Below are positions 13,261 to 26,593 of a stretch of 64,000 nucleotides of DNA, piece by piece. The notes beneath the pieces are model-generated. The model searched no databases. It saw only the letters and a list, made by a program, of their open reading frames with translations, and had not been told where the DNA came from. Location: the NCBI RefSeq assembly GCF_009914755.1, contig NC_060929.1; one strand, written 5' to 3'. The first letter of the stretch is position 1. Each line of letters begins with the position of its first letter. The position numbers and the translations under genes were made by a program. This DNA is from the human T2T-CHM13v2.0 reference genome, Homo sapiens.

Positions 13261-15163
13261 CTTTTAAATTTTTTGCTTCCCAGAGCTCTACTCCATCTTT
13301 CAGTGGTTGTGCACTTTGCACTGGTGCCATTCAAATTCCTTTTCTAAACCATCATTGGGAAACACCAGCTTGCAGTCAAAGTTGCTGTGATAAATGGCAG
13401 AGGGCTAGATCGCCTTTCTTTATAGACTCATTTTCTGTGACATGCTGGACAAACCTCAAGTTGCACCACATTTTAAATGAGACCAAAATCATTTGAACTT
13501 TGACAAAACATCTCTTAAGAGTCCTACCTGCTATCTTTATGGACTGCCAGTTATTTTGATTAAATATCCCCTTTGAACCTGCAACCTTCTGTTGTCCTCT
13601 GTGAGACAGCTCTTTAGTATATTTTGCTAAATGATAGCAGCACATGTCGCTTTAATTTTTTTTTGTCTTGTTCTTTTCTCAGACTAAAGCTGTCTGTTCC
13701 TAGAGTTTACCTGTCGATAGACGAAACTAGGACCCTGTGATGATGTAAACCTATTCTTATTATCTTTCTCCACTAACCGTACTTGAAATGTACAGATTCT
13801 CATTTGTAATGATAATCCCCAAACTGTGAATATTTTTCAGATGCCATCTGATCATTACAAGATAAATCTGTATGTTTCCTTTTCAGATTTTTATAGTTCT
13901 TGTTTGTATTGTGTGGCAGCAAGCTAAAATATATCTTTTAAGACTATTTTTTTTTACTCTTAAAACTCAGGGTTTTATATCAATGTTTTAAACAATTCTA
14001 GTTACACTCCACTGCAATAGTAAAGCCCTAGGAAAAGCTAAACAAAACTCAGCTTGTGCTTATTGATTTACGTATTGAGTAGTTGATCTTATAAACAATG
14101 CACTGATGCAAATACCTCTAAGCTTTAACTTTTAATAGCTATGTATATCTAGTAATACTTTGCTGGTTATAAAACTTAAAAAGAAAAATGTTCTAAAATT
14201 CATTCCTTCTTGTAGAAAGCAGAAAATACTGGAAAAGCGAGAGAGAATCAAAATTTTACTTCTTTTGTATAAAGGATAACAGCACAGTTAACTTTCTACA
14301 GTACTGTCCTTCAGTTATATAGTTCCTAGCATATAATGGACACTCAATAAGTATAACAAATGGCTGTGGAATGTATGGAGGAATGTATAAGAATGAAAAT
14401 GACAGTATATTTTTATTTTATGAGGTACTCTTCTAATATGATATTCACAAAATCCTATTATCTATATGTAAACAATCCCCCTATATGCAACCATTTCCCT
14501 ATTGCTAGGTATCTGAATAATTCTTTATCAGAAATAAATGCAGATATGATATGCCTTCAGATATATCTTGTCTGCTTCTGTGATGGTTTCCCTAGAATAA
14601 TATATATGTATTCCTTTTTATAAACTTCTCATATTGTCTTTTTTTTTCCAGAATAATTTAAATAACTCATGCACTAAAGGAGTCAGAGGTAATGTGTTTG
14701 TCAGTGATTCTTAAGCATGCTAAGATGCATGCTCAAAGCATATTTCACAGATTTTACTAATTTCACCTTATGGGCTATTTTATTCTTATATCATCTACAT
14801 TTTTAAATTCAGTTACATGTGGAAAAATCTGTTTTTCTCTTGCCGCATCTGATGTACTGGATAGTATCTGGATATATTATGCTTTCTTTTACAATAGCAT
14901 ACATATATATCTACTATGTGACATATTTATTTTTTCTATTTAAAACTTTTAGTTGGTGTTACTTAAATCTGAAAATGAAAATATATAAACTATATATTTT
15001 GTTTACATGATTAATTCTATAAGTTATAGGTCTTCCATGCTTCAGTTATGTCTGAGATGAGCCAAGTCAACACCTAATGTATGGGCAACATTTAAATGTA
15101 TGGAGCTTTCAGGGTTTTGCATGGCAAATGTAGTTGTTGATAAAGGTAGTAGTATTGTAAATT

Positions 15164-15522
15164 TCCTTTTTTTAAACTTGTAAGTTCAGGGGTACAAGTG
15201 CAGATTTGTTACATAGGTAAACTTGTGTCATGGGTGTTTGTTGTACAGATTATTTCATTGCCCAGGTATTAAGCCTAGTACCCATTAGTTATTTTTCCTG
15301 CTCCTCTCCATCCTCCTACCCTCCACTCTCTGAAAGGCCCCGGTGTGTGTTTTTCCCCTTTGTGTGTCCATGTGTTCTCATCACTTAGCTCTTAGTTATA
15401 AGTGAGAATATGTGGTATTTGGTTTTCTGTTTCTGTTGAGTTCACTTAGGATATTGGCCTCCATCTCCATCAATGTCCCTGCAAAAACATGATCTCATTT
15501 TTTTTAATTGCTGCATTGATAC
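15164..15522 (-). mobile_element. 5'-truncated L1 3' UTR (L1PA13-16-like)
   Basis: 'aagttcaggggtacaagtgcag...ccaggtattaagcctagtacccattag'; TSD agtattgtaa at 15151-15160 and 15523-15532. Confidence 0.93.
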
Positions 15523-15799
15523 AGTATTGTAAGTTAAAAGTGATAGATTTCAAAGAATGGTTTTTGTCAAAAAATGTACTTTAGGTATCATCTAATATAA
15601 TTCGTAGTTTTTTAACTGTTTTCCAATGTCATTTAATAGGGTTTATGTGACTAGTATCTTAAAATTGTTATGAATTACACTGTTATTTTGACTCTTCAGA
15701 AAGTGCTTCCAAGTGCTTAAATTGTATGCCATCACAGCTCACTTAGGATAGAAACTGATTGTATGTAATGTTGTTTTGCATAAAATAACTTGAAAACTG

Positions 15800-16010
15800 C
15801 TTCATTCATTGTCTACATTGTGGTAGACATTGTGCCAGGTTTTTAATATACAACCTTTGTATCAATTTCATCAGCTTCATTTTTTCATACCTACTTTGAA
15901 AGGTAGGTAAAATTATAGAAACTAAAACTCAGAAAGCTCAAATTATTACCTGAAGGTCACAGCTAATAAGTATTAGAATCAACACTTGAACATATACGTG
16001 TCTGAATTCT
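15800..16010 (-). mobile_element. MIR relic
   Basis: 'tagaaactaaaactcagaaag...acctgaaggtcacagctaataagt...cttgaac...gtctgaattc'. Confidence 0.65.
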
Positions 16011-16654
16011 TTCTCTATGCCAAAAGCTGTTGGTGTCTTCTTGGACTCCAGAATAGTTTCATTAGTATACATGAATTGCTAAATTATCTGCCTAAGGAAT
16101 TCAGTGAAAGTAGGTGAAGGCAGAATACATTTCCACAGGTAATAATATTAACCTAATTTTTTTTTGCATTTTTCAATATACTTTTTAATTTTTTTTAGGA
16201 ATTACAGTGTAATATAAGTTATTCCAATATCACTTATTCTTCCTTTCATTTGATAAACTTTTCTGAATGAGAGAGTAATTACAGGTAGAGTGTAAGAAGT
16301 GTACCTACTGTGGTTATACTGTCATGGTGATTAAACTTTTAGTGCTCTAAATTTCTTGTAAGGTTTTGCATAAGAAAGATATTGATTTTAGGTTTGTTAA
16401 GTCAAGTGTAAATGTTAAAATTTAAAGTTAACCATAAAAATGATACCATATATAACTTCTGAACAAGTAGAGGGGAAAAAGCATTAAAAAGTTCAATCAA
16501 TATAATAGAGTGCAGGAAATTATAAAAGAGAATGAAAGAATAGGCAGGGGAAGAAGTAAACAAATGCTAGTAGAAATAAAGCTAAATGTCTTAGCAATCA
16601 ACATCATCCATCATGAGTGCTAAGACAGAAAAGAAGTTGAAAATTGGTGATGCA

Positions 16655-19125
16655 TTCATCTCAATAGACAAAGAAAAAGGCTTCAATAAAATCCAACAAT
16701 CATTCAAGATTAAAAAACCCTCAACAGACTAGGCATCAAAGGAACATACCTCAGATAATAAGAGCCATCTATGACAAACCCTCAGCTGACTTCACACTGA
16801 CTGAGCAAAGCTGGAACAATTTCCTTTGGAAATGGAACAAGACAAGGATGCCTACTCTCACCACTCCTATTCAACACAGTACTAAATGTTCTAGGCAGAG
16901 CAATCAGGCAAGATAAAGGAATAAAAGACATGCAAATAGGACAATAAGTCAAATTATCTCTCTTTGCTGATGATATCATGCTGTACAGAGAAAACCATGA
17001 AGACTCTGCCAACAGCCTTCTGGAACTGACAAATTCAGTACAGTTACAGCATACAAAACCAATGTACAAAACTCAGTAGCATTTTTATATATCAATAACA
17101 TTTCAGCTGGAACTAAATCAAGAACACAATCTCATTTATAGTAGCCATAAAGAAATGAAATACCTAAGAATTCATCTACCCAAGAGGTAAAAGATCTCTA
17201 CAAGGAGAACTATAAAATATGATGAAAAAAATGAGATGACACAAATAAATGGAAAATGTTTCATGCTCATTGAACCAATATTATTACAACGGTCATAGTG
17301 CCCAGAGCAATTTACAGGTTCAATACTACACCAATCAGAATACCAAAGTCATTTTTCACAGTCTTGGAAAAATTTATTCTAAAACTCATTTTATAAGTAA
17401 AAAAAGAACCCAAATAGCCAAAGCACTCCCAAGTGGAAAAAAAACAAAAAACAAAAAACTCAAAGTCAGAGACCTCATATTATCTGACTTCAAAGTGTAA
17501 TGTAAACTTACAGTAACCAAAACAGCATGGCACTGTTGGAAAAACCGACACATAGACCAATGGAACAGAACAGAGAACTCAGAAATAAACACACAAACCT
17601 ACAACCATCTGATTTCAACAAAATCAACCAAAATTAGCAATGCAAAAAGGACTCCCTATTCAATAAATGGTGCTGGGATAACTGGCTAGCCATATGCAGA
17701 AGAATAAAACTGGACCCCTACCTCTCACCATATACAAAAATCAACTGAAGATGGATTAAATATTTAAATCTAAGACCTCAAACAATAAAATTCCTAGAAG
17801 AAAACCTAGGAAATAACTTTCTTTACATTGGCTTTGGCAAAGAATTTATGACTAAGTACTCAAAAGCAATTGCAATAAAACAGAAATTGTCAAGTGAGAC
17901 CTAATTAAACTAAAGTGCTTCTGTACAGCAAAAGGAATTACCAACAGAGTAAACAGACAGCCTACAGAATGGGAGAAAATATTAGTGAATTATGCATTTG
18001 ACAAAGGTCTAAATATCTAGAACCTGTAAGATACTTAAATCAACAAACAGAAACCAAATAGTCCTAAAAACACTAACAAAATTGACAAATGACATGAACA
18101 GACACTTCTCAAAAGAAGATGTATAAGCAGCCCACAAACATGAAAAATGCTCAACATTACTAATAATCAGAGAAATGAAAATCGAAACCACAATGAGATA
18201 CCATCTTACACCAGTCAGAATGGCGATTATTAAAAAGTAAAAACAGATGCTCACGAGGCTGTGGAGAAAAGGGAACACTTATACTTTGTTGATGGGAATG
18301 CAAACTAATTCAGCCAGTGTGGAAAGCAGTTTGGAGATTTCTCAAAAAACTTAAAAGAGAACTACCATTTTGACCCAGCAATCCCATTACTAGTTATACA
18401 TCCAAAAGAAAAATCATTCTACCAAAAAGACACAAGCACTTGCATACTCAAAACATTAATCCCAGTAGCAAAGACATGAAATCAGTTTAGGTGTTTATCA
18501 ATGGTGGACTGAAAAAGAAAATGTGCTACATACACACCATGGAATACTATGCAGCCATAAAAAATTAAGAAAATTATGTCTTGATATGGCTTGGCTCTGT
18601 GCCCCCACCCAAATCCCACTTTGAATTCTAATGCCTATAATCCCCACGTGTCAAAGGTGGGACCAGGTGGAGATAATTGATTCATGGGTGTGGCTTTCCA
18701 CATGCTGTTCTGGTGCTAATGAGTGAGTCTCCCTAGATTTGATGGTTTTATAAGCATCAGGTATTTCCCCTGCTTGCACTCACTCCATCCTGCCACCCTG
18801 TGAAGAAGGTGCCTGCTTCTCCTTTGCCTTCCATCATGATTATAGGTTTTCTGAGGCCCCCTAAGTAATGCAGAACTGTGAGTCAACTAAACCTCTTTTC
18901 TTTATAAATTACCCAGTCTCAAGTATTTCTTCACTAAAATATGTCCTTTGTAGCAACATGGATGAAGGTCATTATCTTAACGCAAGAACAGGAAACCAAA
19001 TACTGCATGTTCTATTTTGTAAGTGGGAGCTAAATATTAAATACACGTAGACAAAAACTATGGGAACAATAGACACTGGAGAGTACTAAACAAGGGAAGA
19101 AAAGAGGGTGCTTTGATTAAAAAAA
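16655..19125 (+). mobile_element. 5'-truncated L1 (L1PA16/L1PB-like), ORF2 RT to 3' UTR, decayed
   Basis: ORF2 nucleotide motifs 'ggaacaagacaaggatgcctactctcaccactcctattcaac', 'tttgctgatgatatc' (FADD), 'aatggtgctgggataactggctagcc'; many stops and frameshifts. Confidence 0.95.
18582..18941 (+). mobile_element. THE1C/D-like MaLR solo LTR nested in L1
   Basis: 'tgatatggcttggctctgtgcccccacccaaatc'...'taaacctcttttctttataaattacccagtctc'; 5-bp TSD tgtct/tgtcc; small deletion near the 3' end. Confidence 0.92.
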
Positions 19126-19399
19126 AGGATTTGTAGGAACCCTCTCTATTAGGAAAATTAGTGTTACAAAGACTCACATGAACTGTCATTTGTCTTTTGA
19201 CCTAGTGACAACAAAAAATTTGAGGTTCTCCACATTAAAATATATTTTAAAAAGGAAATTCCTGATATAGATGATACTCTGCAAACCAAGGACCTTGGTA
19301 GGAATTCTGACATTTTGGTTATGGCATAATTGCTGACCAAGAGTTTTGGTTTAAGAGAACTTTGGGCAGAATCTCAAGTGTTGAACCTTGTTAAATTTC

Positions 19400-19655
19400 T
19401 ATTTCTTTGTGCTAAAATTACCATCACCCCAAATTAATGAGTTTTTCTGAATCGTTCCCTCTTTCAGTGCCTTGTTCTTTTCCTACCATAGTTTGTAACT
19501 ATATAGTATATGTTCGTATATTAGCTTAATAGCTATCTTTACAACTAATCGGTATCCCTGACAAGGCAAGGCTACTGTTTCGTTCTCCAATCTCAGGAAT
19601 ATCACCTGACACAAAGGGAACATTGATAAATATTTATTCGGTGCAAAAATGAATG
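19400..19655 (+). mobile_element. L2 3' end relic
   Basis: 'aaggcaaggctactg...cacctgacacaaagggaacattgataaatatttatt...aatgaatg'. Confidence 0.55.
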
Positions 19656-21319
19656 CGACTGATTATTGAGAGAATTTTCACCCTATGATATAAAAAAATT
19701 AGCTATCTAAATTCATTTCCATAGTTACATGACAGAAGAATTCCACAATAAGAGCTATATAGTCCTTTGTAATTAAAGAGTAGACTTTCTGAAAATATAT
19801 ATGGGCAAATATAGAGATTATTAGCAGCTTTATATTCATCCCATTCTTTCTAATATCACGTGTGGCATATTTAACCTACTTGTCAAGAGGAAATAGACTT
19901 TATATATACTTTGAATACCATGCGCAGCAGAGGCTTGTTTCATTTGTTTGCATGCAATTCTCAGTTTATCTAGAATAACAGCAGAAGATGAAATTCCTGG
20001 GAGTTTTCCTGTAGTTTGGAGTTAGCCTCAGCACTTACCAGAGTTAGTAATTGCATATTTATTTATGTTTGCTTAATATCTGTATTTCCTAAGGGCAAGG
20101 ATGATTATCCTCATAACTATGTGTATATATTCTAGCATCCCATCGGCGTTACTATTTTTCTGCTTAGGAATGACAGACATGTACTACATAATCCCTTAGA
20201 AATGGAGTCATGGAGACTGTGTGCATTTGTAATTGCCTTGTTATCTGGAGACATTCTAGGGTGTCATTAAATTTTATTGGGCATTTCAGGAGTATTTTTA
20301 TTCCCTCTAAGGTCTTGGTATGGATTTATACCAGAAATTATTTTTAGGGCAAAGCAGAAAAACTCTAGAAAAAATAACATACCTATGAGCCCCATTTAGT
20401 TTTCAAAAAATAAACATTATCATAAAATCTGCATTTCAGAGTTTACAACTCAGTTTTTTTGTTTCATTTTTATAGTGATAAGAGAGAATATTCTTTACAC
20501 AGTAATAAATATAAAATTTGGTGTATGTATTTTTTTCTAAAATACACATTTCCAAAGTTACTTAGGAAAAGGTTTGAACCGCAAAATTTATTAAGTGCAA
20601 AACGCAATGAAACAAGGATCAAATGTTACCTCCTTCTTGATGAAGGGAAAAAAGCAAAACTTTTCAAGGAAATATACTTCATAAACAGATTTTAACTCAA
20701 AGTTGTTTGTATTTAAATATATAAAGTTAGCCAGAGAAATAAAACTCTATAGCCAAGTACCTCATAATTACCAAAGAATATTAGCTTTTGCTTGGTGTTC
20801 TGATTATTTATAATTATTGCTATATATTTTGGAATACCTTTTAATTATAGAATTTGTTTATTTCACTTTGTTTTATTAACGGGAAGATAGCTCTGTAATA
20901 GATTACGGAGGAGAGAGGTGCAAGTGGGAGAAGTGACAGGGAGAAGGGAGGCTTTTCTCCTCTCTGAACTAAGAATGGTTTATTAACATTTGTGTTATCA
21001 CACTCTGGAGAAGGAAATTGTATCCCTGCTCTGTAAATTTTTTTTTCATGCAAAGATGTTGAATTAAAAGGAAAATTGTCATACTAAACAGTTCATTTCA
21101 TAACATTTGATTCTGCACGTATAAGGAATTAACCTAATGTCTCAAAGAGTTCACATAACAAGTTAATAGAGAGCAACAGATGGAAATAGGTACAGAGAAC
21201 AATGCAATGTCTTCTAGGTTTTACCTTTATGGGTGATAGTTTCTTGAGTGTTGAGTCTATTCTAGGATACATAGACATGATGAACATTTCAAGAGTCTCT
21301 TTACACTGAAAAGAAGTGG

Positions 21320-21822
21320 TGTAAAAGAAAAATTGCATCTATTAGAATTAAATGGGCAAGAACAATTTTATTCTAGAGTATTTCAATAGGGTTTAAAACT
21401 ATTGCAATAGGAGAGCAATTCAACTCAAATTCTCAAACAAAAAGCAAGAGATTTTTTAAAGCACTGGGGTTAGCTAGTGGAAAAGTACTGGAAAAAGTTA
21501 ATAAAGAGGTTGGTCAATGTGATTAGGCCATCTGTGTTTGCTAATTGGTGCTTATGGAAGTTAGGCACGGATCCTGCCATAGACTGTGACTAGGGCACCA
21601 TTTTTATTGATGATTACATTTCAAAGGGATGGCTCCCAGGTCCTTGGGAAAGACATTCCTTGGTTGTAGAAGATTAACATCTTAAAGAGGAAGAAAAAGA
21701 ATTTACAGCTGCAAGTTTTCTAAAGTAAATGCTCTAATAAAAGGGAAGTTAGGGGCCTATAGTCAGGAAGAAGCCTGTCTAAAGTTTAGTCAACTGGGGA
21801 AATGTTAGAATCATCTAGGTGA
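21320..21822 (-). mobile_element. MER31 ERV1 solo LTR
   Basis: 'tgcaagttttctaaagtaaatgctcta...ggggcctatagtcaggaagaagcctgtctaaagtttagtcaa' is the reverse of the MER31 5' part. Confidence 0.85.
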
Positions 21823-22170
21823 ATAGACGTGACATGTGTAGGTAGTAGAGTTATCATCTTGGTTGGTTAGGGACAGATTTGAAGTCTCAATGGATGTTGA
21901 GAGCTCAATTTTTTTCTCAATAGTTTACAACAGTTTACTAAATGTAATATTATTTTCATAGGCTTTCAACTCAGAAAAATCTCATTTTTGATTTACTAGT
22001 TGAGGCAAAAATAGATTATAATATTTCTTGTGACAGCTCCAAATTCTTTTACTTCTTGATTTTTCTCTCCCAAAAGTATAATATAAATATTATACATAAT
22101 ACTACATTTTAAGGGGTATAAAAATCTTGTATGCAATAATTTTAAATGATATACAGTGCTAAAAAAAACA

Positions 22171-22339
22171 TAAAATTGGATCTAACACCATAATTTTATT
22201 GTAAGACATTCTTTTTAAAAACATTTAATACTTGGGTGATGAATACCTTAAAATTGGATCTAACACCATAATTATATTTTATTAACTGTAAGACATTCTT
22301 TTTAAAAACATTTATTTAATACTTGGGTGACGAATACCT
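22171..22339. repeat. Imperfect tandem duplication (78 bp + 91 bp)
   Basis: 'taaaattggatctaacaccataatt...gtaagacattctttttaaaaacattta...tacttgggtgaYgaatacct' occurs twice. Confidence 0.95.
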
Positions 22340-22436
22340 TAAATATCCTGATTTGATTATAACACATTCTGTGTATCTAAAAAGTTTTCACACGAGCCCC
22401 ATAAATATATATAAATATAATGCATGAAAAAAATTT
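22320..22436 (+). mobile_element. L1MA-type 3' terminal stub
   Basis: 'ggtgacgaataccttaaatatcctgatttgattataacacattct...ccccataaatatatat' followed by an A-rich end. Confidence 0.7.
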
Positions 22437-22561
22437 AAAGGTACATTTAATAAATTTTTTTTAGTTTCGAAATTGGGATATAAATTATAATCTATAGCAT
22501 CTCACATTTATCAATATCAGTTTATTTTCTCCCTCCTCTCTTCCCTTTTCCTTTTCTTTTT

Positions 22562-22769
22562 GAAATTCTCAAACCCTGGCTGGATTAAATCACCTGAGAT
22601 GTATTTTGTTTCACCACATTTTGTTTTGCGTTTAAACACTGAAACACGAATTCCTGGGTTCTACTACCAGGTTTTCTGATTTAAGCTGTTTATGGTAGGC
22701 CCCGGGCATTTGGACATTTTAAAAGGTCCCAGATGATCTTAATGTACAGCCAAGAATGAGAAATACTAG
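22562..22769. mobile_element. MER5A/B hAT DNA transposon
   Basis: 'ttctcaaaccctggctg...aatcacctg' and 'ttttaaaaggtcccagatgatcttaatgtacagccaagaatgagaaatact'. Confidence 0.8.
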
Positions 22770-24381
22770 TCCAAGTAATTGAGAGTTGATTACATATAAA
22801 ATAAGGGTTTCAAAACTAGCTGATTACCAACATAGAGATTGCTGAGTCTCTTCCCCATAGGTATATTTAGGTTGCAGCCTTGGAATCAATGTTTTAAAAA
22901 TCCAATACTGAGGTTTGCACTGATGTGACTGCCCCTTAAGAACTGTGTTGTCTGTTCCCCTGAGAAGGATGGGCAGGAGCCAGCAGCATGTGACACTTCA
23001 GGGGCTCTTGCTTCAGCTTTCTTCTTGTGATCTTCACGACCTCTCCACCTTTTAAAGCTATATTGAGATGTGTCTGGATTTATCTAAGAGATGTCTTCCT
23101 GAAAATATTCCTCCAAAATTACTTCTGACTATAGAGGTGGCTTCTTCAGGTACTACTTAGTCTCTTTTGTTTTCTACCACAGGAATTACTCATATATTTT
23201 AGCCTCTTGCTATAGAACAACTATTTATCTCATTTTTTATTTCATTGCTTTTACTTGCAGGGTCTAGTACCAAATGGTGTAAAATCTTCTCCTTCTCAAA
23301 AAGTAGCTAAGTAAGAATAAACATAGTTTTGGAGTTTGTTGTTGTTTCTTTTTTTGAGGGATTTCACTAGTAGCAATAAGCAGAGACCAAAAGAATTAAA
23401 TAAGCTTATCAAGGTTTAAAAATCTAAAGCTATCTTAGTGTTTTTTGAAGTGTCACTGCTAAAGCAGACTTTCTTCTTTTAACTTATCTTGAAAATTAGA
23501 GGTAGCCAGGTAAACTTTCTTTGGACAAATTTCTTTGGACAAATTTATTGACATACTCTAACTTCTAGCAGCCTTTTTTCTTACTCAGTTGTCTTCAATT
23601 TTACCCTATTTAACATAAGTGGGGGCCAGCAAGTCTGGCACTAGCCAGTTGGCTTGAATCAAGAAACAAAGATAGGTTATTTTGGCCAAAAAAAAAAAAA
23701 AAAAAAGCCAGAAAAACATTATTTCAGGTGATCTCCGATTAAGTGAGAAATCACTTTCAATCTATCATGGCTGTACATAGTAGAGATATTCGGTTCCATG
23801 TACTGTTGGAATCCGTCAGCACAGTATAGAATTTGAGGTGATCCCTAGATGGCAGTTTTCCCTTCCTCCCTTTTCCAGTAACCCTGGTTACTAGAAACCA
23901 GGGTGTCAACCATCATAAAATTTCTCTGAAATAATGATGTTTATACAATACATGTATGAACTCTTGTTTTAATTATCTCACATAGACTCTGTGTGTATGC
24001 TTAAGAATTTTTGCAGTGTGCAGGATTGTAGAAATCTCATCCTTAGAAAACTGATATGCTTGCCGGTGCCTCATTTGTATATTTCTTATGCACACACTTA
24101 ACATCGGAAGAATTATTACAAATAAAACATCTTCCTTTGAGTTTGTTTTTTGTTTTTTAAATCTCAGGCTGAGAAACATTGTTGCTTATAGCATTATTAC
24201 TTCACTTCCTCAATGACTGAGACTGCAACATGACACACTATGGCATTTTTAATTCTCACAAGTTAGCATATAAGATTATTCTTCTGGAGAGTGTGTTATT
24301 TCACACCAAGCCCTCAGTGCTTTGAAATGCTGCCATTGTTGATGCAGGTTGAGCACTCCTACATTTTTGGTACAGGTTGGT

Positions 24382-24571
24382 AAGGTTGAGTGTTCCTTAT
24401 TCAAAATGCTTGGGACCAGAAATATGTTGGATTTCAATTTTTTTTTTAAATTTCAGGATATGTACTGATTCAAAATATTAAGTGAGTATTCCCTTTGAGC
24501 ATCCTGTTGGTGCTCAAAAAGTTTGAGATTTTGGAGTATTTCAGATTTTTGGATGAGGAATGCTCAATCTG
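24382..24571. mobile_element. Tigger4a (MER46A) Tc1/mariner-type MITE
   Basis: TIRs 'aggttgagtgttccttattcaaaat' / 'atttttggatgaggaatgctcaatctg' with TA flanks; internal 'gcttgggaccagaa'. Confidence 0.85.
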
Positions 24572-26593
24572 TACTTGGAAGAAGTAAAAGTTACAAGCAC
24601 AAAGTGTAGTTCCGAAGAGAACCTCTTGCTGCCTTTCGTGTTCCTCCTTTATGTGATTGCATTTATCGCTTTTCTTTAAGATTTAGTAAGATCAACAGTG
24701 GTCTAAAACCTCAGAGTTGGAAATGTTCTCAAGTCATTTGGTTCTGAGAATTAAGCACATGAGATGGCGATTGACTTTTTTTCAATAAAAGCATGACATC
24801 ATTGGTAAAACTGGGCCACAGAGCCATAAAGAAGATTGAATGGCTCACTTACTCTGTACACTCTAATTTAGATATTGGAACTGATACTTTTTGCTGCCTG
24901 TCTTGCTTGTCATTTTATTAAAATAGGCATTGGCTTTGTTAATTCAATTTGTTTTCTCTGTGTTCATTAGTGCCTTATTTTTTTTCTACTAAGGTGGCAA
25001 AATTTCATTACAGTTTTTAACTGTCTCATCAGTAGAAAGTACTTTGGGATGTAAATTGCTTTTGGCTAGGAGTTGTTTATCAGTAAAAATTGTTTTTGGA
25101 TGTAAATATGGTTTGGCAGTGATGTGCCTGAAGTTTAAATTTTGTATTATTTTAGAACATTGTTGTTCTACCATGAGTACTAACTTTGGAAAACTTCCAA
25201 TAAACTGTTCAGTTCTAGTCAACTAAATTGAATATATGATTGGAAATTAGTAGGCGTTGAACATGTGTAAAAGTTCAAATTTAGCATAGGTATAAAGGCA
25301 TGACCTACCTTTGGAAAAGCCAAAGTCAAATATATAGTTTATATGCCTAAAATTATATATATTTAATGATTAGAAGATCAAATAATAAAATTCATTGCAA
25401 AGTACTATTTGATTCTAGTTTTCAAACATTTCCTGAAATTGGAGTACGACTGTATTTGTTATGCACATATATAGTGTCTTCCTCTTCTCTGCTCCTAACC
25501 ACTGACCACTGACAGGCTGTTTTAAATGTATGGTTTGTTATGGCTTGTTTTCTTACCACTGGTATCATGTAATGTGCTGGAGGGTAATGACTATAAATGA
25601 CAACTTTTATGACCATGAGTTCTATGGAAAGTTTAAAAGTAAAAAGTACATCACTGAGTGAAAAATATCCTGGGTATGAAGTACCAAGGTGTGATTGATA
25701 TCACTTCTTGTTCTTGTTCTTGTGACAAGAGCAGAGACGTAGTAAAGCCCCAGCAGGCAAGGAATTAGAGGAGAAAGGAAAGCCTTAAGTGTTGAAACGA
25801 GCACAATATGATCAGAAGTTGTCGATATGGGTTATCTGTAGTAGAATGCAACTCTGTAGGAGTCACAAAGATAACTGATAGGCAGAGTGGCTCCTGATAA
25901 TGAAGTATGGGCTTGGACTTAGGAGATTCAGTGTCGGCTCTGTTTGCAAAGTTAAGGAAAACCTCTTTACAGACCCCAACAGGAAAGTAGCATGAAAAAA
26001 TGGTGTTTCCAACTTTACTGCTCCCCTGTAAGTTAGGAACAAGCTACTGGGAAAGGTATCTGGACATAGGAAACATTAAGAAAGAAAAGAGATGTTTGAG
26101 TTCATATACACATTTAAAAGAAGAACTATTGGCAGGAACGTCTGAAAAGCAGTAAGGTCTGTCTCAGTTTAGACAGCTCATGTGCAGTGTGCACACAGAG
26201 TGTAAACCTTTTGTAGGGTACACCGTAAATGTTGAAGTGCAAAGTACTTAAGAATATGTCGCTGGGCTGAGTGTGCAGAAAAATTCAGGTGGCAAGGTGT
26301 GTATAAAATAAAAGGAAATGGTAATAAAAGGTAAAGAATATTTGAGGAAGAACAGTAATTTTAGTTCAGGCTAAAGATAAAGTAAGAAAAACAAGTAGCA
26401 TATTAAATCAAGCAGACATAGCTTATTCATTTTTAAAAAAATAAAAATCATACCTTGAAACCTGAAGTTACTCTCTCTATAAGTTAAATTCAGAATTAAT
26501 GAATAAAAGAAGCAGCTAGAATTTAAAACAAAATTGGCTCTTGGGTTTTGAGATGGAATGGTTAAGGAGTGGATGACAATTTGTAGTGGAGTA

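Noticed and set aside
16330-16610. Possible old L1M inter-ORF fragment
   Set aside because: A-rich resemblance only; too degraded to place boundaries, so not listed as a feature.
25690-26300. Possible LTR or ERV-internal fragment
   Set aside because: Could not match it to any consensus I recall; no clear termini or TSD.
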